A model generated the notes under the pieces. The model was not told the DNA's origin, ran no database searches, and saw nothing but the letters and a program-made list of their open reading frames with translations. The position numbers were made by a program, and so were the translations under genes. From an uncultured delta proteobacterium (lineage in GTDB: Bacteria; Desulfobacterota; RBG-13-43-22), in assembly GCA_963802945.1 (NCBI GenBank), contig CAWDKY010000030.1, positions 224,001-288,000 of the forward strand: DNA of 64,000 nucleotides. Reading direction: 5' to 3'. Positions 22,353 to 31,944 of the stretch are shown in pieces; the stretch's first letter is position 1; each line of letters starts with the position of its first letter.

Positions 22353-22811
22353 CTGTCCCCCTTCTCCCTTGGCAATAACTACAAAAAAAATCGTTTAAGC
22401 TTGAATGCGTGTTTTTACATTAGACTCCTTTAAATTAGTTTAAAATTATTCCCACCTCCCTCCATAAGAAATATTTTACTGTTTAATTTCATAATGTCAA
22501 TAATATTGAAATCCCGATTACTGCCTCTCTCTTTTTGTGGTCTTATTTCTCCTTCCCCCATCTAATCCTGAATGAAGCACAACTGGTTCACAACGAAGCC
22601 TTTTGATGATCCGTTCCCTCTATTTTTCCCCTTGACCGTATCTTTTTCCTGTCCTATATTCTTTTCGTCCAATAAAAATTCCTGATGCCGGATATCGGAT
22701 TGAAGCAGGGACTACGGAAGGAAAAAATTAATCGAGGGGCCAAGGAAAGGTTTAAGGTTTAAGGCGTAAGGTCCAAAGTAAAACCTCAAACCATAGACCT
22801 TGTGCCTTTTA

Positions 22812-22890
22812 TGAATATGGAATGTCGAAGTTAGACAGAAACCAATCCATTCATAATTCGAAATTCGACATTCGAAATTCATTGTTCGTA
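22812..22890 (-). repeat. Third copy (inverted) of the catgaatggattggtttct heptamer element
   Basis: gaaaccaatccattcat flanked by ttcgaaa/ttcgaca heptamers. Confidence 0.7.
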
Positions 22891-22917
22891 TTTTTAAACT
22901 AAACCAAGGAGGTCTTT

Positions 22918-23760
22918 ATGGGAAAGTTGGATGGTAAATGCGTTATTGTAACCGGTGCCAGTCGCGGTATTGGAAAGGCGATCAGTACCCTTTTTGCCTC
23001 TGAAGGGGCAAAAGTGGTTTGTGCCGCTCGCACCCTGGAAGAAGGCGGACATGCCTTTGGGGGATCCATCAATGAAACGGTTTCCGAGATTCGAAAGGCC
23101 GGGGGCACGGCTGTGGCCGTTCAAACTGATGTGTCGTCCGAAAATAGTTGTGAGAATCTCGTCAATACGGCCCGCAAAGAGTTCGGTCCGGTAGATGTGT
23201 TAGTCAACAATGCGGCCTTGAATTATTACATTCCCATCAAGGAATATCCTGTTCACCGATGGGTTAGGGCCTTTTCAGTCAATGTGCACGGTCCTTTTAT
23301 GCTGGCTCAGAAGGTCTTGCCGGACATGATCGAGCGGGGCAAAGGGGCTATTGTGAATGTCGCATCCGGGGCGGCCATCGGTCCGGGACGCGGGCCCTAC
23401 AAAACATTCGGCACCGGGGGAACCATGTATGGGGCTTCCAAAGCGGCCATAGAGCGCTTTACCCAGGGGTTGGCCCAAGAGGTCTATCCGTACGGGATTT
23501 CAGTCACCTGTGTCTCTCCGTCCAAGGTCGTTCCGACCCCGGGTACGGTCTATCACAAGCTGGTAACGGGTTATGATGACCCTCGCGGCGAGCCGCCTAC
23601 CATGATGGCCCGAGCCATTCTACTTTTGTCTACAGAGCCCCTGGATAAGGTCACCGGTCGTGTCACTTACAGCCAGGCCATTCTCAAGGAGTTCGGCTGG
23701 ATCGAGAAGGCCGAAGGTCGCGGCATTGATATCGTCGGAACAGGCTACAGTCAGATATAA
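22918..23760 (+). CDS. Short-chain dehydrogenase/reductase
   Basis: TGASRGIG, DVLVNNA and YxxxK (YGASK) motifs. Confidence 0.93.
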   Translation: MGKLDGKCVIVTGASRGIGKAISTLFASEGAKVVCAARTLEEGGHAFGGSINETVSEIRKAGGTAVAVQTDVSSENSCENLVNTARKEFGPVDVLVNNAALNYYIPIKEYPVHRWVRAFSVNVHGPFMLAQKVLPDMIERGKGAIVNVASGAAIGPGRGPYKTFGTGGTMYGASKAAIERFTQGLAQEVYPYGISVTCVSPSKVVPTPGTVYHKLVTGYDDPRGEPPTMMARAILLLSTEPLDKVTGRVTYSQAILKEFGWIEKAEGRGIDIVGTGYSQI

Positions 23761-23887
23761 GTAAGAAGGTAGCGAAGCTTCTCGAATGCCGGGAATATCC
23801 TGGCATTCGAGAAAAGTGCTTCTTTGCGTCCTTTGCACCTCTGCGGTGAATTTCTTTATTTCACTTCCTATCGCGCAGAAATATGAA

Positions 23888-25033
23888 TTAATCCTTGGGG
23901 TCAAGCAACTCATTCGCCTTTTGGATCCATTCTGAAATAGGAATCCCCTGGGGGCACTTCTCTTCACATTCTTTGCATTCCAGACATTGACTGGCCTTTT
24001 CGCCTTCCTGAATTCGGATGGTGTAAAGAAACTGAGTCCTCTTCAAATCACCATACTTGGCCGCATCATTGTATAAGCCCAATACACCTGGGATGTTCAC
24101 ATTATTGGGGCAGGGAAGGCAATATTTGCAATTGGTACAAGGGATGGGAGACCGTTTCCTGTATTCTTCCCGGACCCTTTCAATCAAGAACAATTCTTCT
24201 GAGGTAAGCACACCAGGTCCGGAGCGATCCGCCGACTTGGCGTTTTCAATGACCTGTTCCATGGTGGTCATACCGCTGAGTACTACCGACACTTCCGGAT
24301 GGTTCCACACCCACTGCAAGGCCCATTCAGCTGGTGATCGTTTTTCCTTTGCCGATTTCCACAATTTGATTACACTCTCCGGAGGTTTTTTAGATAACAT
24401 TCCACCCCGTATGGGTTCCATAATCACCACGGCCAATCCTTTATCAGCCGCATATCGGAGTCCCTTGCTGCCGGCCTGGTATTCCGTATCCATAAAGTTG
24501 TATTGGATTTGACAGAATTCCCAGCGATCATAGTAATCGATGATCTCTTTGAAGGTTTCGAATTCATCATGAAATGAAAATCCCAGGTGGAGAAATTTCC
24601 CTTCTTTTAAGCACCCTTCCGCCCATTTAAAGATCTCCAGGTCACGGATCTTCATCCAGGTGGTTTTATTGAGTCCGTGGAGGAGATAAAAATCCAAATG
24701 ATCGGTCTGTAGCCGTTTCAATTGTTCGTTCAGAATACGATCGGAATCTGCCGGGGTTTGAACAAGTCGGGGTAATAGTTTGGTAGCTAGTTTGACTTTT
24801 TCCCGATACCCGTCTTGGAGTGCCCTTCCAACTACCCCCTCGCTGTGACCGCCGTGATAAGGCCAGGCCGTATCCACATAGTTGACACCGTGGTCAATGG
24901 CGTAACGAATCATCCTGATCGCTTCGGGTTCATTGATTCTAGTCTGATCTCCTTCAATGACCGGTAGCCGCATAGCCCCAAAACCCAGGGCCGAAACCTG
25001 AAAATCAAGTTTGCCAAAAGGTCGATATTGCAT
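23888..25033 (-). CDS. Aldo/keto reductase with C-terminal Fe-S clusters
   Basis: LGFGAMRLP, YVDTA, LATKL, CTNCKYCLPCP and CLECKECEEKCP motifs. Confidence 0.93.
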   Translation of the reverse strand: MQYRPFGKLDFQVSALGFGAMRLPVIEGDQTRINEPEAIRMIRYAIDHGVNYVDTAWPYHGGHSEGVVGRALQDGYREKVKLATKLLPRLVQTPADSDRILNEQLKRLQTDHLDFYLLHGLNKTTWMKIRDLEIFKWAEGCLKEGKFLHLGFSFHDEFETFKEIIDYYDRWEFCQIQYNFMDTEYQAGSKGLRYAADKGLAVVIMEPIRGGMLSKKPPESVIKLWKSAKEKRSPAEWALQWVWNHPEVSVVLSGMTTMEQVIENAKSADRSGPGVLTSEELFLIERVREEYRKRSPIPCTNCKYCLPCPNNVNIPGVLGLYNDAAKYGDLKRTQFLYTIRIQEGEKASQCLECKECEEKCPQGIPISEWIQKANELLDPKD

Positions 25034-25142
25034 AGCGCTGTTTTCCTCCTTTTTCTTCTTGACCCTATTGCCCCTTATCTTATATTCTTTTTATCCAAAA
25101 GCAAGCACCTATCAATTTTTCACCTATAACAAGGAGGTTGTT

Positions 25143-25958
25143 ATGCCCGAGCCTTTGGTTCTCTATGAAAAAAAAGGTCCAGTCGCCATAGTTACCATAA
25201 ACCGACCGGAGAAGATGAACACTTACAACGGAGAAGTCTGCCTGCTGCTGGGTGATGCCTTTTTGGATTTCAGAGACGATCCTGATCTCTTGGTGGCCAT
25301 TCTTACCGGGGCCGGAGATAAGGCCTTTTGCGCTGGAGCCGATATGAGAGGCATGGTTCCCCCGAAGGAAGGGGAGACTGCACCTATTCCTTTCCCCCGG
25401 GGAAGGATGTTTCATGAAGGAGATATTAAGATTTACAAACCGATTATCGCTGCTATCAACGGCTACTGTCTCTCCGGAGGATTATGCCATGCCCTGCAGT
25501 GCGATATCAGGGTAGCCGCGGAACACGCCACCTTTGCCCTGCAGCAAGTCAGGTTTGGGGCCCATTCCCCGTCTTCAACCCATCTGCTGGCTCGCAACAT
25601 CGGGATGTCCAATGCCATGTACCTAAGCTTAACCGGCAGCCGGATCGACGCCAAGGAAGCCTTGCGCATGGGCATCATCCATAAAATCGTACCGATGAAA
25701 GAACTGATGGGCGCGGCCATGGAAATGGCGGAAACCCTGATGGGTAACTGCCCGTCCCATTTAAAGGCCAGGAAAGAACATCTCCTCAGGGGCTACAACC
25801 TGCCCTATGATGAGGCCAGGGCCATGGGCGGATATCTGGAAGACCAGGTCCCTGAAGAAGAAAAAAGAGAAGGAATCTCGGCCTTCTTCGAAAAAAGAAA
25901 ACCGGACTGGAGCAAGGTCCGAAAGCCAAAACCTGGTCCGTCAAAAGGAATGCGCTGA
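25143..25958 (+). CDS. Enoyl-CoA hydratase/isomerase family protein
   Basis: INRPEKMN, AFCAGAD and KPIIAAINGYCLSGG motifs; RBS ggagg before ATG 25143. Confidence 0.9.
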   Translation: MPEPLVLYEKKGPVAIVTINRPEKMNTYNGEVCLLLGDAFLDFRDDPDLLVAILTGAGDKAFCAGADMRGMVPPKEGETAPIPFPRGRMFHEGDIKIYKPIIAAINGYCLSGGLCHALQCDIRVAAEHATFALQQVRFGAHSPSSTHLLARNIGMSNAMYLSLTGSRIDAKEALRMGIIHKIVPMKELMGAAMEMAETLMGNCPSHLKARKEHLLRGYNLPYDEARAMGGYLEDQVPEEEKREGISAFFEKRKPDWSKVRKPKPGPSKGMR

Positions 25959-25960
25959 AA

Positions 25961-27151
25961 ATGAAAAAAAATACGGCTGAAATTATTGCCATCGGCTCCG
26001 AACTTCTACTGGGTCAGATCCAGGATACCAATACACCCTATCTGGCCGGCCGATTGCAGGAGATCGGCCTGGAAACCGCTTTTCAAACTATGGTCGGTGA
26101 TGATCGAAAACGGATGAACTCCGTCATCCGCCGGGCCCTCAGTCGTTCCAAGGTCATCCTTACCACCGGGGGAATCGGTCCCACGGAAGATGATTTAACC
26201 CGAGAGGTCGTGGCCGAGGTTTGCAGAAAGAAGCTGGTCTTTCACCCCAAACTATTTAAGCTCATAAAATCCTTTTTTGACCGGGCCGGCTTGGTGATGG
26301 CCCCCAACAATCGCAAACAAGCCTATCTGCCTGCCGGGGCCCGTCTCATTCCCAATCTCCAGGGAACAGCCCCGGGATTTATTTTGGAAACAGAGGCCAA
26401 AAAAATTATTGCCGTCCTGCCGGGAGTTCCCCGGGAAATGAAAAAGATGATGCAGGACACAGTCCTGCCCTTTTTAAAAAAGAAACTGGGGCGGGATCAG
26501 GGATTGATCGAATACCAGGTCCTCAAGGTCTGCGGCCTGGGTGAGAGCCGGGTGGATGAACAGATCGGCGATCTTATCAGAGAAAGTACCAATCCGGTCA
26601 TCGGTCTGCTGGCCTCATTGGGTGAGATCCGGATTCGGATCACGGCCCACGGAAAAGATAAAAAAGAAACCCAAGCGATTATTGCCGAAATGGAGGCCAA
26701 AATTCGCGGGCGTTTGGGAACGCTGATTTTTGGTCAAGGGGAAGAGACCCTGGAAGGGGTGGTAGCCCGCCTATTGGATGAGAAAAAAACGACTCTGAGT
26801 CTGGTTGAAAACTTTACAGCCGGGAGGGTCAGTCAAAGACTCCAGACCACAGGCAGCTCCTGGTTCATGGGCGGCCTGCTGTTGGCTTCAAGACAAAAAT
26901 GGCCTTTTGCAAAACCGGCCATCGCCAAAGAGGCCATGGCTCTGTTTCTGGCTGAAAAGATCAGGGAAATGTTTTCCTCCGATCTTGGCCTTGCGGCCTG
27001 GGTGGAGGGCACAGCCGACGAACGAACCCTTTCTCTGGCCCTGGCCGGAAAAATGAAAGACGTCTTTTCATACCGAATAGGCGGTTTTGGCGACACGCTG
27101 CCCGACCGGGTGGCTGTTATGGCCTTAGATTGGCTCAGAAAGAAATTATAA
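25961..27151 (+). CDS. cinA: CinA family competence/damage-inducible protein (degenerate C-terminal domain)
   Basis: IGSELLLGQ..DTN, GGIGPTEDDLTRE, GTAPG and LPGVPREM motifs. Confidence 0.9.
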   Translation: MKKNTAEIIAIGSELLLGQIQDTNTPYLAGRLQEIGLETAFQTMVGDDRKRMNSVIRRALSRSKVILTTGGIGPTEDDLTREVVAEVCRKKLVFHPKLFKLIKSFFDRAGLVMAPNNRKQAYLPAGARLIPNLQGTAPGFILETEAKKIIAVLPGVPREMKKMMQDTVLPFLKKKLGRDQGLIEYQVLKVCGLGESRVDEQIGDLIRESTNPVIGLLASLGEIRIRITAHGKDKKETQAIIAEMEAKIRGRLGTLIFGQGEETLEGVVARLLDEKKTTLSLVENFTAGRVSQRLQTTGSSWFMGGLLLASRQKWPFAKPAIAKEAMALFLAEKIREMFSSDLGLAAWVEGTADERTLSLALAGKMKDVFSYRIGGFGDTLPDRVAVMALDWLRKKL

Positions 27152-27218
27152 TAGAATAAAACCAGGACAACAAATTCAACAACGTCCCTGGAATTCACAC
27201 AACTTACAAGGAAATAGT

Positions 27219-28420
27219 ATGCAAAGAGTACTTGAAGACATCAGAGTTCTGGATTTTGGGCGATTCATTTCATGCCCGTATTGCGGCATGATTCTGGCGG
27301 ACATGGGTGCGGAAGTTATCCGGGTTGACCGGCCCGGAGGAGAAGAAGATCGTACCCACAGCCTTATAGGGCCGGACGGCAATAACCTGTCCTTTCCAAG
27401 TTACGCCCGGAATAAAAAGGGCATTACCTTGAACCTTTCGCAAAATAAACCGGAGGCCCGGGAGATTTTAGATTCCCTGGTGAAGCAGTGTGATGTGGTG
27501 ATTCACAATTTCACACCGGCCGCTGCCGAATCCATGGGTCTGGCCTACGACCGTCTGACTGCCGTTAAACCGGATATTATTTTAACGGCCATTTCCTGTT
27601 TTGGAAGCGAAGGCCCCTATCGAAATCGAACGGGATTTGATTTCATCGCCCAGGCTATGTCCGGGGCCATGAATTGCGGAGGATTTCGCCGACAAACCGC
27701 CTGTCAGGGCCTTCTTTAATCCCATGGATTATGGAACAGCCCTGGCTGCCGCCGTCGGTACCCTTCTGGCCCTGCGCCACCGGGACAAAACAGGAGAAGG
27801 CCAGATGGTTGATCTTGGCCCTCTTAAGGACGGCCCTTTCTTTTACGGCCCCGATCATTGCCGAAAAGGAAGTGCTGGGCCGGGACCGGCCTATGATCGC
27901 CAACCGCGCCCCTTATCTGACGACCACGGATTTATTTGAATGTCAGGACGGCTATGTGTTCATCGCCTCCATCATGAACAGCATCTGGAGACGCCTGGCT
28001 AAACTTATCGGTCATGAGGAACTCATCCCTGATCCGGAGCTATATAATGACTTGAGCCGGTTTGAACATAGAGACAAAATCGATCCCCTGGTAGCGGACT
28101 GGATAAGGGTGCGCACCGTGGAGCAGGTGCTGACGGAAATGGAAGCCGCCCATATCCCCTGCAGCCCCTACTACGAACTGGGCCAGGTGTCGCAAGATCC
28201 CCATATTCAGGAAACCGGCATGCTGCCTTATATCGATATGGAAGTCCCGGGTTTGAAACCATTACCCGTCAGCCCCAATCCGATCAAGCTGTCCAAAACA
28301 CCCGGCAGGATAGAAACCCGTGCGCCTCGCCCTGGAGAACACAATTTGGAAATTTACGGCAGATTACTGGGCTACAGCAAAGAAACCCTGGACGAGTTGG
28401 TTGCCAAAGGGATCATCTGA
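27219..28420 (+). CDS. Class III CoA transferase (CaiB/BaiF), two apparent frameshifts near 27685 and 27818
   Basis: LADMGAEVIRV, RNKKGITL, then DYGTA...TGEGQMVD, then APRPGEHN, in three successive frames. Confidence 0.85.
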
Positions 28421-28529
28421 AAACAGAAGAACAAGGTCGAATATTACCATTCAAATTTTTCCGAAGAACGAAATTACGTATATGAAAAGCAATAATTCAT
28501 GTCCTGGGAAAGGAAAGAGGATCCTGTCC

Positions 28530-28598
28530 GGCTTTGATCTCAAGGAAAAGCAGGACCGATATTCCATAAAAGGTGCGAAAAGGGAGAAAAGGAAGTAA
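28530..28598 (+). pseudogene. 3' remnant of an ORF6N paralog
   Basis: Encodes GFDLKEKQDRYSIKGAKREKRK*, nearly the same as the end of 43689..44255. Confidence 0.85.
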
Positions 28599-28706
28599 CA
28601 TCATAAGGGATTGAGAAGGGTTAGGTACTCAGAAACAGTTGGAAAGATGAGGGGGAATCAGTGAATCCAGTGGACAACGCCCCTTCCATCATGAGGAGAA
28701 TTAACC

Positions 28707-29339
28707 ATGATCCAATCGACAAATCGAAGGGCAAAAAAAATTATTGTTGTGATCCTGGGGCTGGTTGCCGCCCTAGGCCTGACCTTTTGGTTGAAGTGGG
28801 TATCCGCGGAAACCAGGTCCCTCAAAAACGATAGAACTATCGAATCCAAGGGGAACCTTGATAGGGCTTTCGAAACAGTCCGAAAGGTGCTCCAGAGTCC
28901 CCGTTGTCAGAACTGTCATATCCCGGGAGATGCCCCACTCCAGGGTGATCTCGGTAAAGTCCATGTTATGGATGTTAAACGGGGGGAAGACGGTCGAGGG
29001 AAGACGGACTTGCGGTGCACCGACTGCCATCAAAGTAAAAATGGAAGCCTGCCTCATACACCGCCGGGTGCCGTTGATTGGCGTTTACCCTCCCCTTCCA
29101 CTCCCATGGTTTTTATCAAGCTGTCGGCCAATGAATTGTGCAGTAATTTGAAGAACCCCGCCAAGAATGGGGGAAAAACGCCCGGCCAATTGATAGATCA
29201 TATCTCTAAAGACCGATTGGTTCTCTGGGGATGGGCCCCCGGGCCGGGCAGGAAAAAGCCGCCTGTCTCCCATAAGGAATTTGTGGCTGCTTTTTCTAAA
29301 TGGGTGCGTGCCGGTATGCCCTGTCCAAAAAACCGTTAA
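28707..29339 (+). CDS. Exported diheme c-type cytochrome-like protein
   Basis: N-terminal hydrophobic segment; two CxxCH motifs (CQNCH, CTDCH). Confidence 0.75.
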   Translation: MIQSTNRRAKKIIVVILGLVAALGLTFWLKWVSAETRSLKNDRTIESKGNLDRAFETVRKVLQSPRCQNCHIPGDAPLQGDLGKVHVMDVKRGEDGRGKTDLRCTDCHQSKNGSLPHTPPGAVDWRLPSPSTPMVFIKLSANELCSNLKNPAKNGGKTPGQLIDHISKDRLVLWGWAPGPGRKKPPVSHKEFVAAFSKWVRAGMPCPKNR

Positions 29340-29382
29340 CGTTTTAGGAAATGGGGTTTTTGTTTTTGGGGAAAAAAGGAAT

Positions 29383-29938
29383 ATGGATTTTGATTTAACC
29401 GTTATCCCTGCCGAGAGAATTGAGCAGGCCATTTTTCTGATTCGTGGACTTCGGGTTATGATTGACGCCGACCTAGCTATGCTTTATGGAGTGACAACGA
29501 AGGTCCTCAATCAGGCTGTCAAACGCAACAAGGATCGTTTTCGGGAGATTTCATGTTTCAACTGACTGCGGAAGAAAAAATGGAGGCGGTCACAAATTGT
29601 GACCACCTTTCCCGGCTTCGCTTTTCACCAGTCCTCCCTTATGCCTTTACCGAGCATGGCGTCCTTATGCTTGCCAATATTTTAAACTCGGACCGCGCTG
29701 CGCGGGTTAGTGTTCAATTGTCCGTACCTTGGTACGATTGCGAGAAACATTGTCCACCCATGCTGATCTGGCCAGAAAAATCACCGAGATGGAAAAGAAG
29801 TATGATGCTCAGTTCAAAGTGGTTTTTGACGCCTTGCGGGCCTTAATGGCTCCGCCACTGAAAACGAAACGAAAGATCGGCTTTGATCTCAAGGAAAAAC
29901 AGGCACGATACAGCACAAAGAAACCTTCGCGAAAATAG
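29383..29938 (+). pseudogene. ORF6N (KilA-N-like) DNA-binding protein, two frameshifts
   Basis: [32 protein letters not shown] and EKKYDAQFKVVF...KIGF spread over three frames. Confidence 0.88.
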
Positions 29939-30091
29939 GAGGTGTTGACTTTAACTGTTTGTTGTTTACCCTCGAAGTACCGCAACGTATGCAACAACGC
30001 CCCCCATGTCAACCTAATTTGGTTTTGTATCAGCATCCTCCTTTTATATTTTATGTAGACTCTTGACACAGGATACGTTATAAGGCCCGCC

Positions 30092-31039
30092 ATGAGTTTG
30101 ACGACAAAATTTATCATATTTCAGGCCATGATTATTGTGCCTTTTGTCCTTGGGTCATTGACCAAGGAACGCTTTTCCAATCAGACCGGTTTTAGCAAGA
30201 AGCTCGTCAGGATAAACCTTATCTGCATTGAGCCTTTAATCGTGCTCTGGAGCATTTGGGGAATCTCGCTCAAAAGTAATCTTGTGTTCTTACCCGTATT
30301 CGGCCTGGCTTTTGTCCTTACAGGAATGGCGATAGGGAAGATTTTTATCCCTGTTCTTGGCCTCTCAGGAAAGAAAAAAGCTACCTTTCTCATCAGTTCA
30401 TCTCTGGCTAATCACGGGTTCACCATGGGTGGTTTTCTGTGCTATCTGCTTTTGGGCGAGAAAGGGCTCGGGCTTTCTTTCATATTCATCTCCTACTTTA
30501 TGCCCTACATATTCCTGGTCATATTTCCATATGCATCACTGGCCTCGACGCCTGCCCGATATGATAGGCGATTTGTCAAAGATTTTTTTACCAACATTCA
30601 GAACATGCCATTATATGTATTTTTCTTTGCCCTGGCTCTTCAGGGGTGCGGACTTAAAAGGCCGGAAATATTTTTCCCCATTGACATCCTGCTTATGATC
30701 GCTATTGCCTTGTATCATTTTTCCCTTGGCATCAATTTTGAGTTTAAAGAAGTCCTCTCTTCCTGTAAAGAAAATACAGCACTCGGCCTGATTAAATTTT
30801 TTATCATTCCCATGATCACCTTCCTGGTATTACGATGGGTAGCCATTGATCCTCAGATAGAGGGAGTGATCATGCTTCAATCATTTATGCCTACGGCCGT
30901 TTATTCAGTGATGGCCCCTGTGCTCTATGATCTTGATGCCAAGCTGGCCTCATCTATGTTTGTGGTCAATACGCTCATTTTCCTCATGGTCGTGCTGCCG
31001 ATAGTATTCATGCTCAAAACAAGCCTATTAGGAATGTAG
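30092..31039 (+). CDS. AEC (auxin efflux carrier/MTP) family transporter
   Basis: About 10 hydrophobic segments; N.G..G and IKFFIIP...MPTAV motifs. Confidence 0.8.
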   Translation: MSLTTKFIIFQAMIIVPFVLGSLTKERFSNQTGFSKKLVRINLICIEPLIVLWSIWGISLKSNLVFLPVFGLAFVLTGMAIGKIFIPVLGLSGKKKATFLISSSLANHGFTMGGFLCYLLLGEKGLGLSFIFISYFMPYIFLVIFPYASLASTPARYDRRFVKDFFTNIQNMPLYVFFFALALQGCGLKRPEIFFPIDILLMIAIALYHFSLGINFEFKEVLSSCKENTALGLIKFFIIPMITFLVLRWVAIDPQIEGVIMLQSFMPTAVYSVMAPVLYDLDAKLASSMFVVNTLIFLMVVLPIVFMLKTSLLGM

Positions 31040-31045
31040 AGGTAA

Positions 31046-31121
31046 TTCGGAAATTCCATATGGGGATTTAAGAATCTCCATGGAAAGGAAGCGGGACTGG
31101 ATGCAAAGGGATTCACCATGA
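31046..31121 (+). pseudogene. Probable C-terminal remnant of a RelE/HigB-type toxin
   Basis: SEIPYGDLRISMERKRDWMQRDSP*, with the stop overlapping the next ATG (ATGA). Confidence 0.45.
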
Positions 31122-31453
31122 AAAGAAAGACCAATTTTGATTTATACTTGGAAGAACAATTAAGAGATAAAGCCTTTGCCGCCCGTTTTAAAAAGGCCGG
31201 TGATGCCTGGGAGGTGGCCATGAAATTGGCCTCCCTGCGCAAAAAATCAGGTTTATCCCAAAAAGAATTGGCCGAAAAAGTGGGAACATCCCAACAACAA
31301 ATCAGCCGTCTGGAATCGCCGTCTTACGAAGGCCATTCTTTAAGCATGTTGCGGCGCGTGACTGAGGCTCTGGGCGGAACGATTCATTTAGAGATTTATT
31401 ACAAAAAGCAAACAAAGCCTTTGGCAGCGGCTGAAAGGAAAACACCTTACTGA
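31118..31453 (+). CDS. XRE-family HTH protein (HigA-like antitoxin)
   Basis: LRKKSGLSQKELAEKVGTSQQQISRLE. Confidence 0.88.
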   Translation: MKRKTNFDLYLEEQLRDKAFAARFKKAGDAWEVAMKLASLRKKSGLSQKELAEKVGTSQQQISRLESPSYEGHSLSMLRRVTEALGGTIHLEIYYKKQTKPLAAAERKTPY

Positions 31454-31508
31454 AAAAGTTGAACTCCCTCCCGGACAATCAGTATAAAAGAGTCATAATC
31501 CCAAGAGG

Positions 31509-31615
31509 ATTGAAAGATTTCCGGAAAATTTTATGTTTTTCAGGCCGCCAAGGGTGAAATGGAATCTTCTTTGAAATCACAATTGGTGATTTCAAGTTAA
31601 GCAAAAGCGAAAATA
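31509..31615 (+). pseudogene. Internal plus 3'-end remnant of an ORF6N paralog
   Basis: IERFPENFMF..., palindrome encoding LKSQLVISS, then gcgaaaatag as at the ends of other paralogs. Confidence 0.75.
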
Positions 31616-31900
31616 GGAGTTGTTGACTTTAACCAATTGATATATTCTAAAGTATCCGTTCAAATGAAAGGCGAAGGAGTTTAACCCTTTGAATCCTCGA
31701 ATCCTTGGCTCTGCTCGGCTCAGCTCGCCGCAAGCCTTGAACCCTGTTTTTCTTGAGGCTGGCCTAGGAAGCAGTCCTCTAACACCCCCATTTCTTGAAA
31801 AAAGAAATGGGGGTTCGTTTTGAGGTGAATAATAAAAAGGAATAAATCAAAAATAATCGGACCATGGGAAACGATAAGTTGTTTTAGGACCAAGGTCCCC
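31616..31900 (+). repeat. Type-F leader module + shared terminator-like hairpin + tail ending aaggtcccc
   Basis: Homologous to 36400-36633 and 39842-40137. Confidence 0.85.
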
Positions 31901-31944
31901 TTCAACTATGAATTCAAAAACCATTTGGAGCAAGGAGGAAGGTA

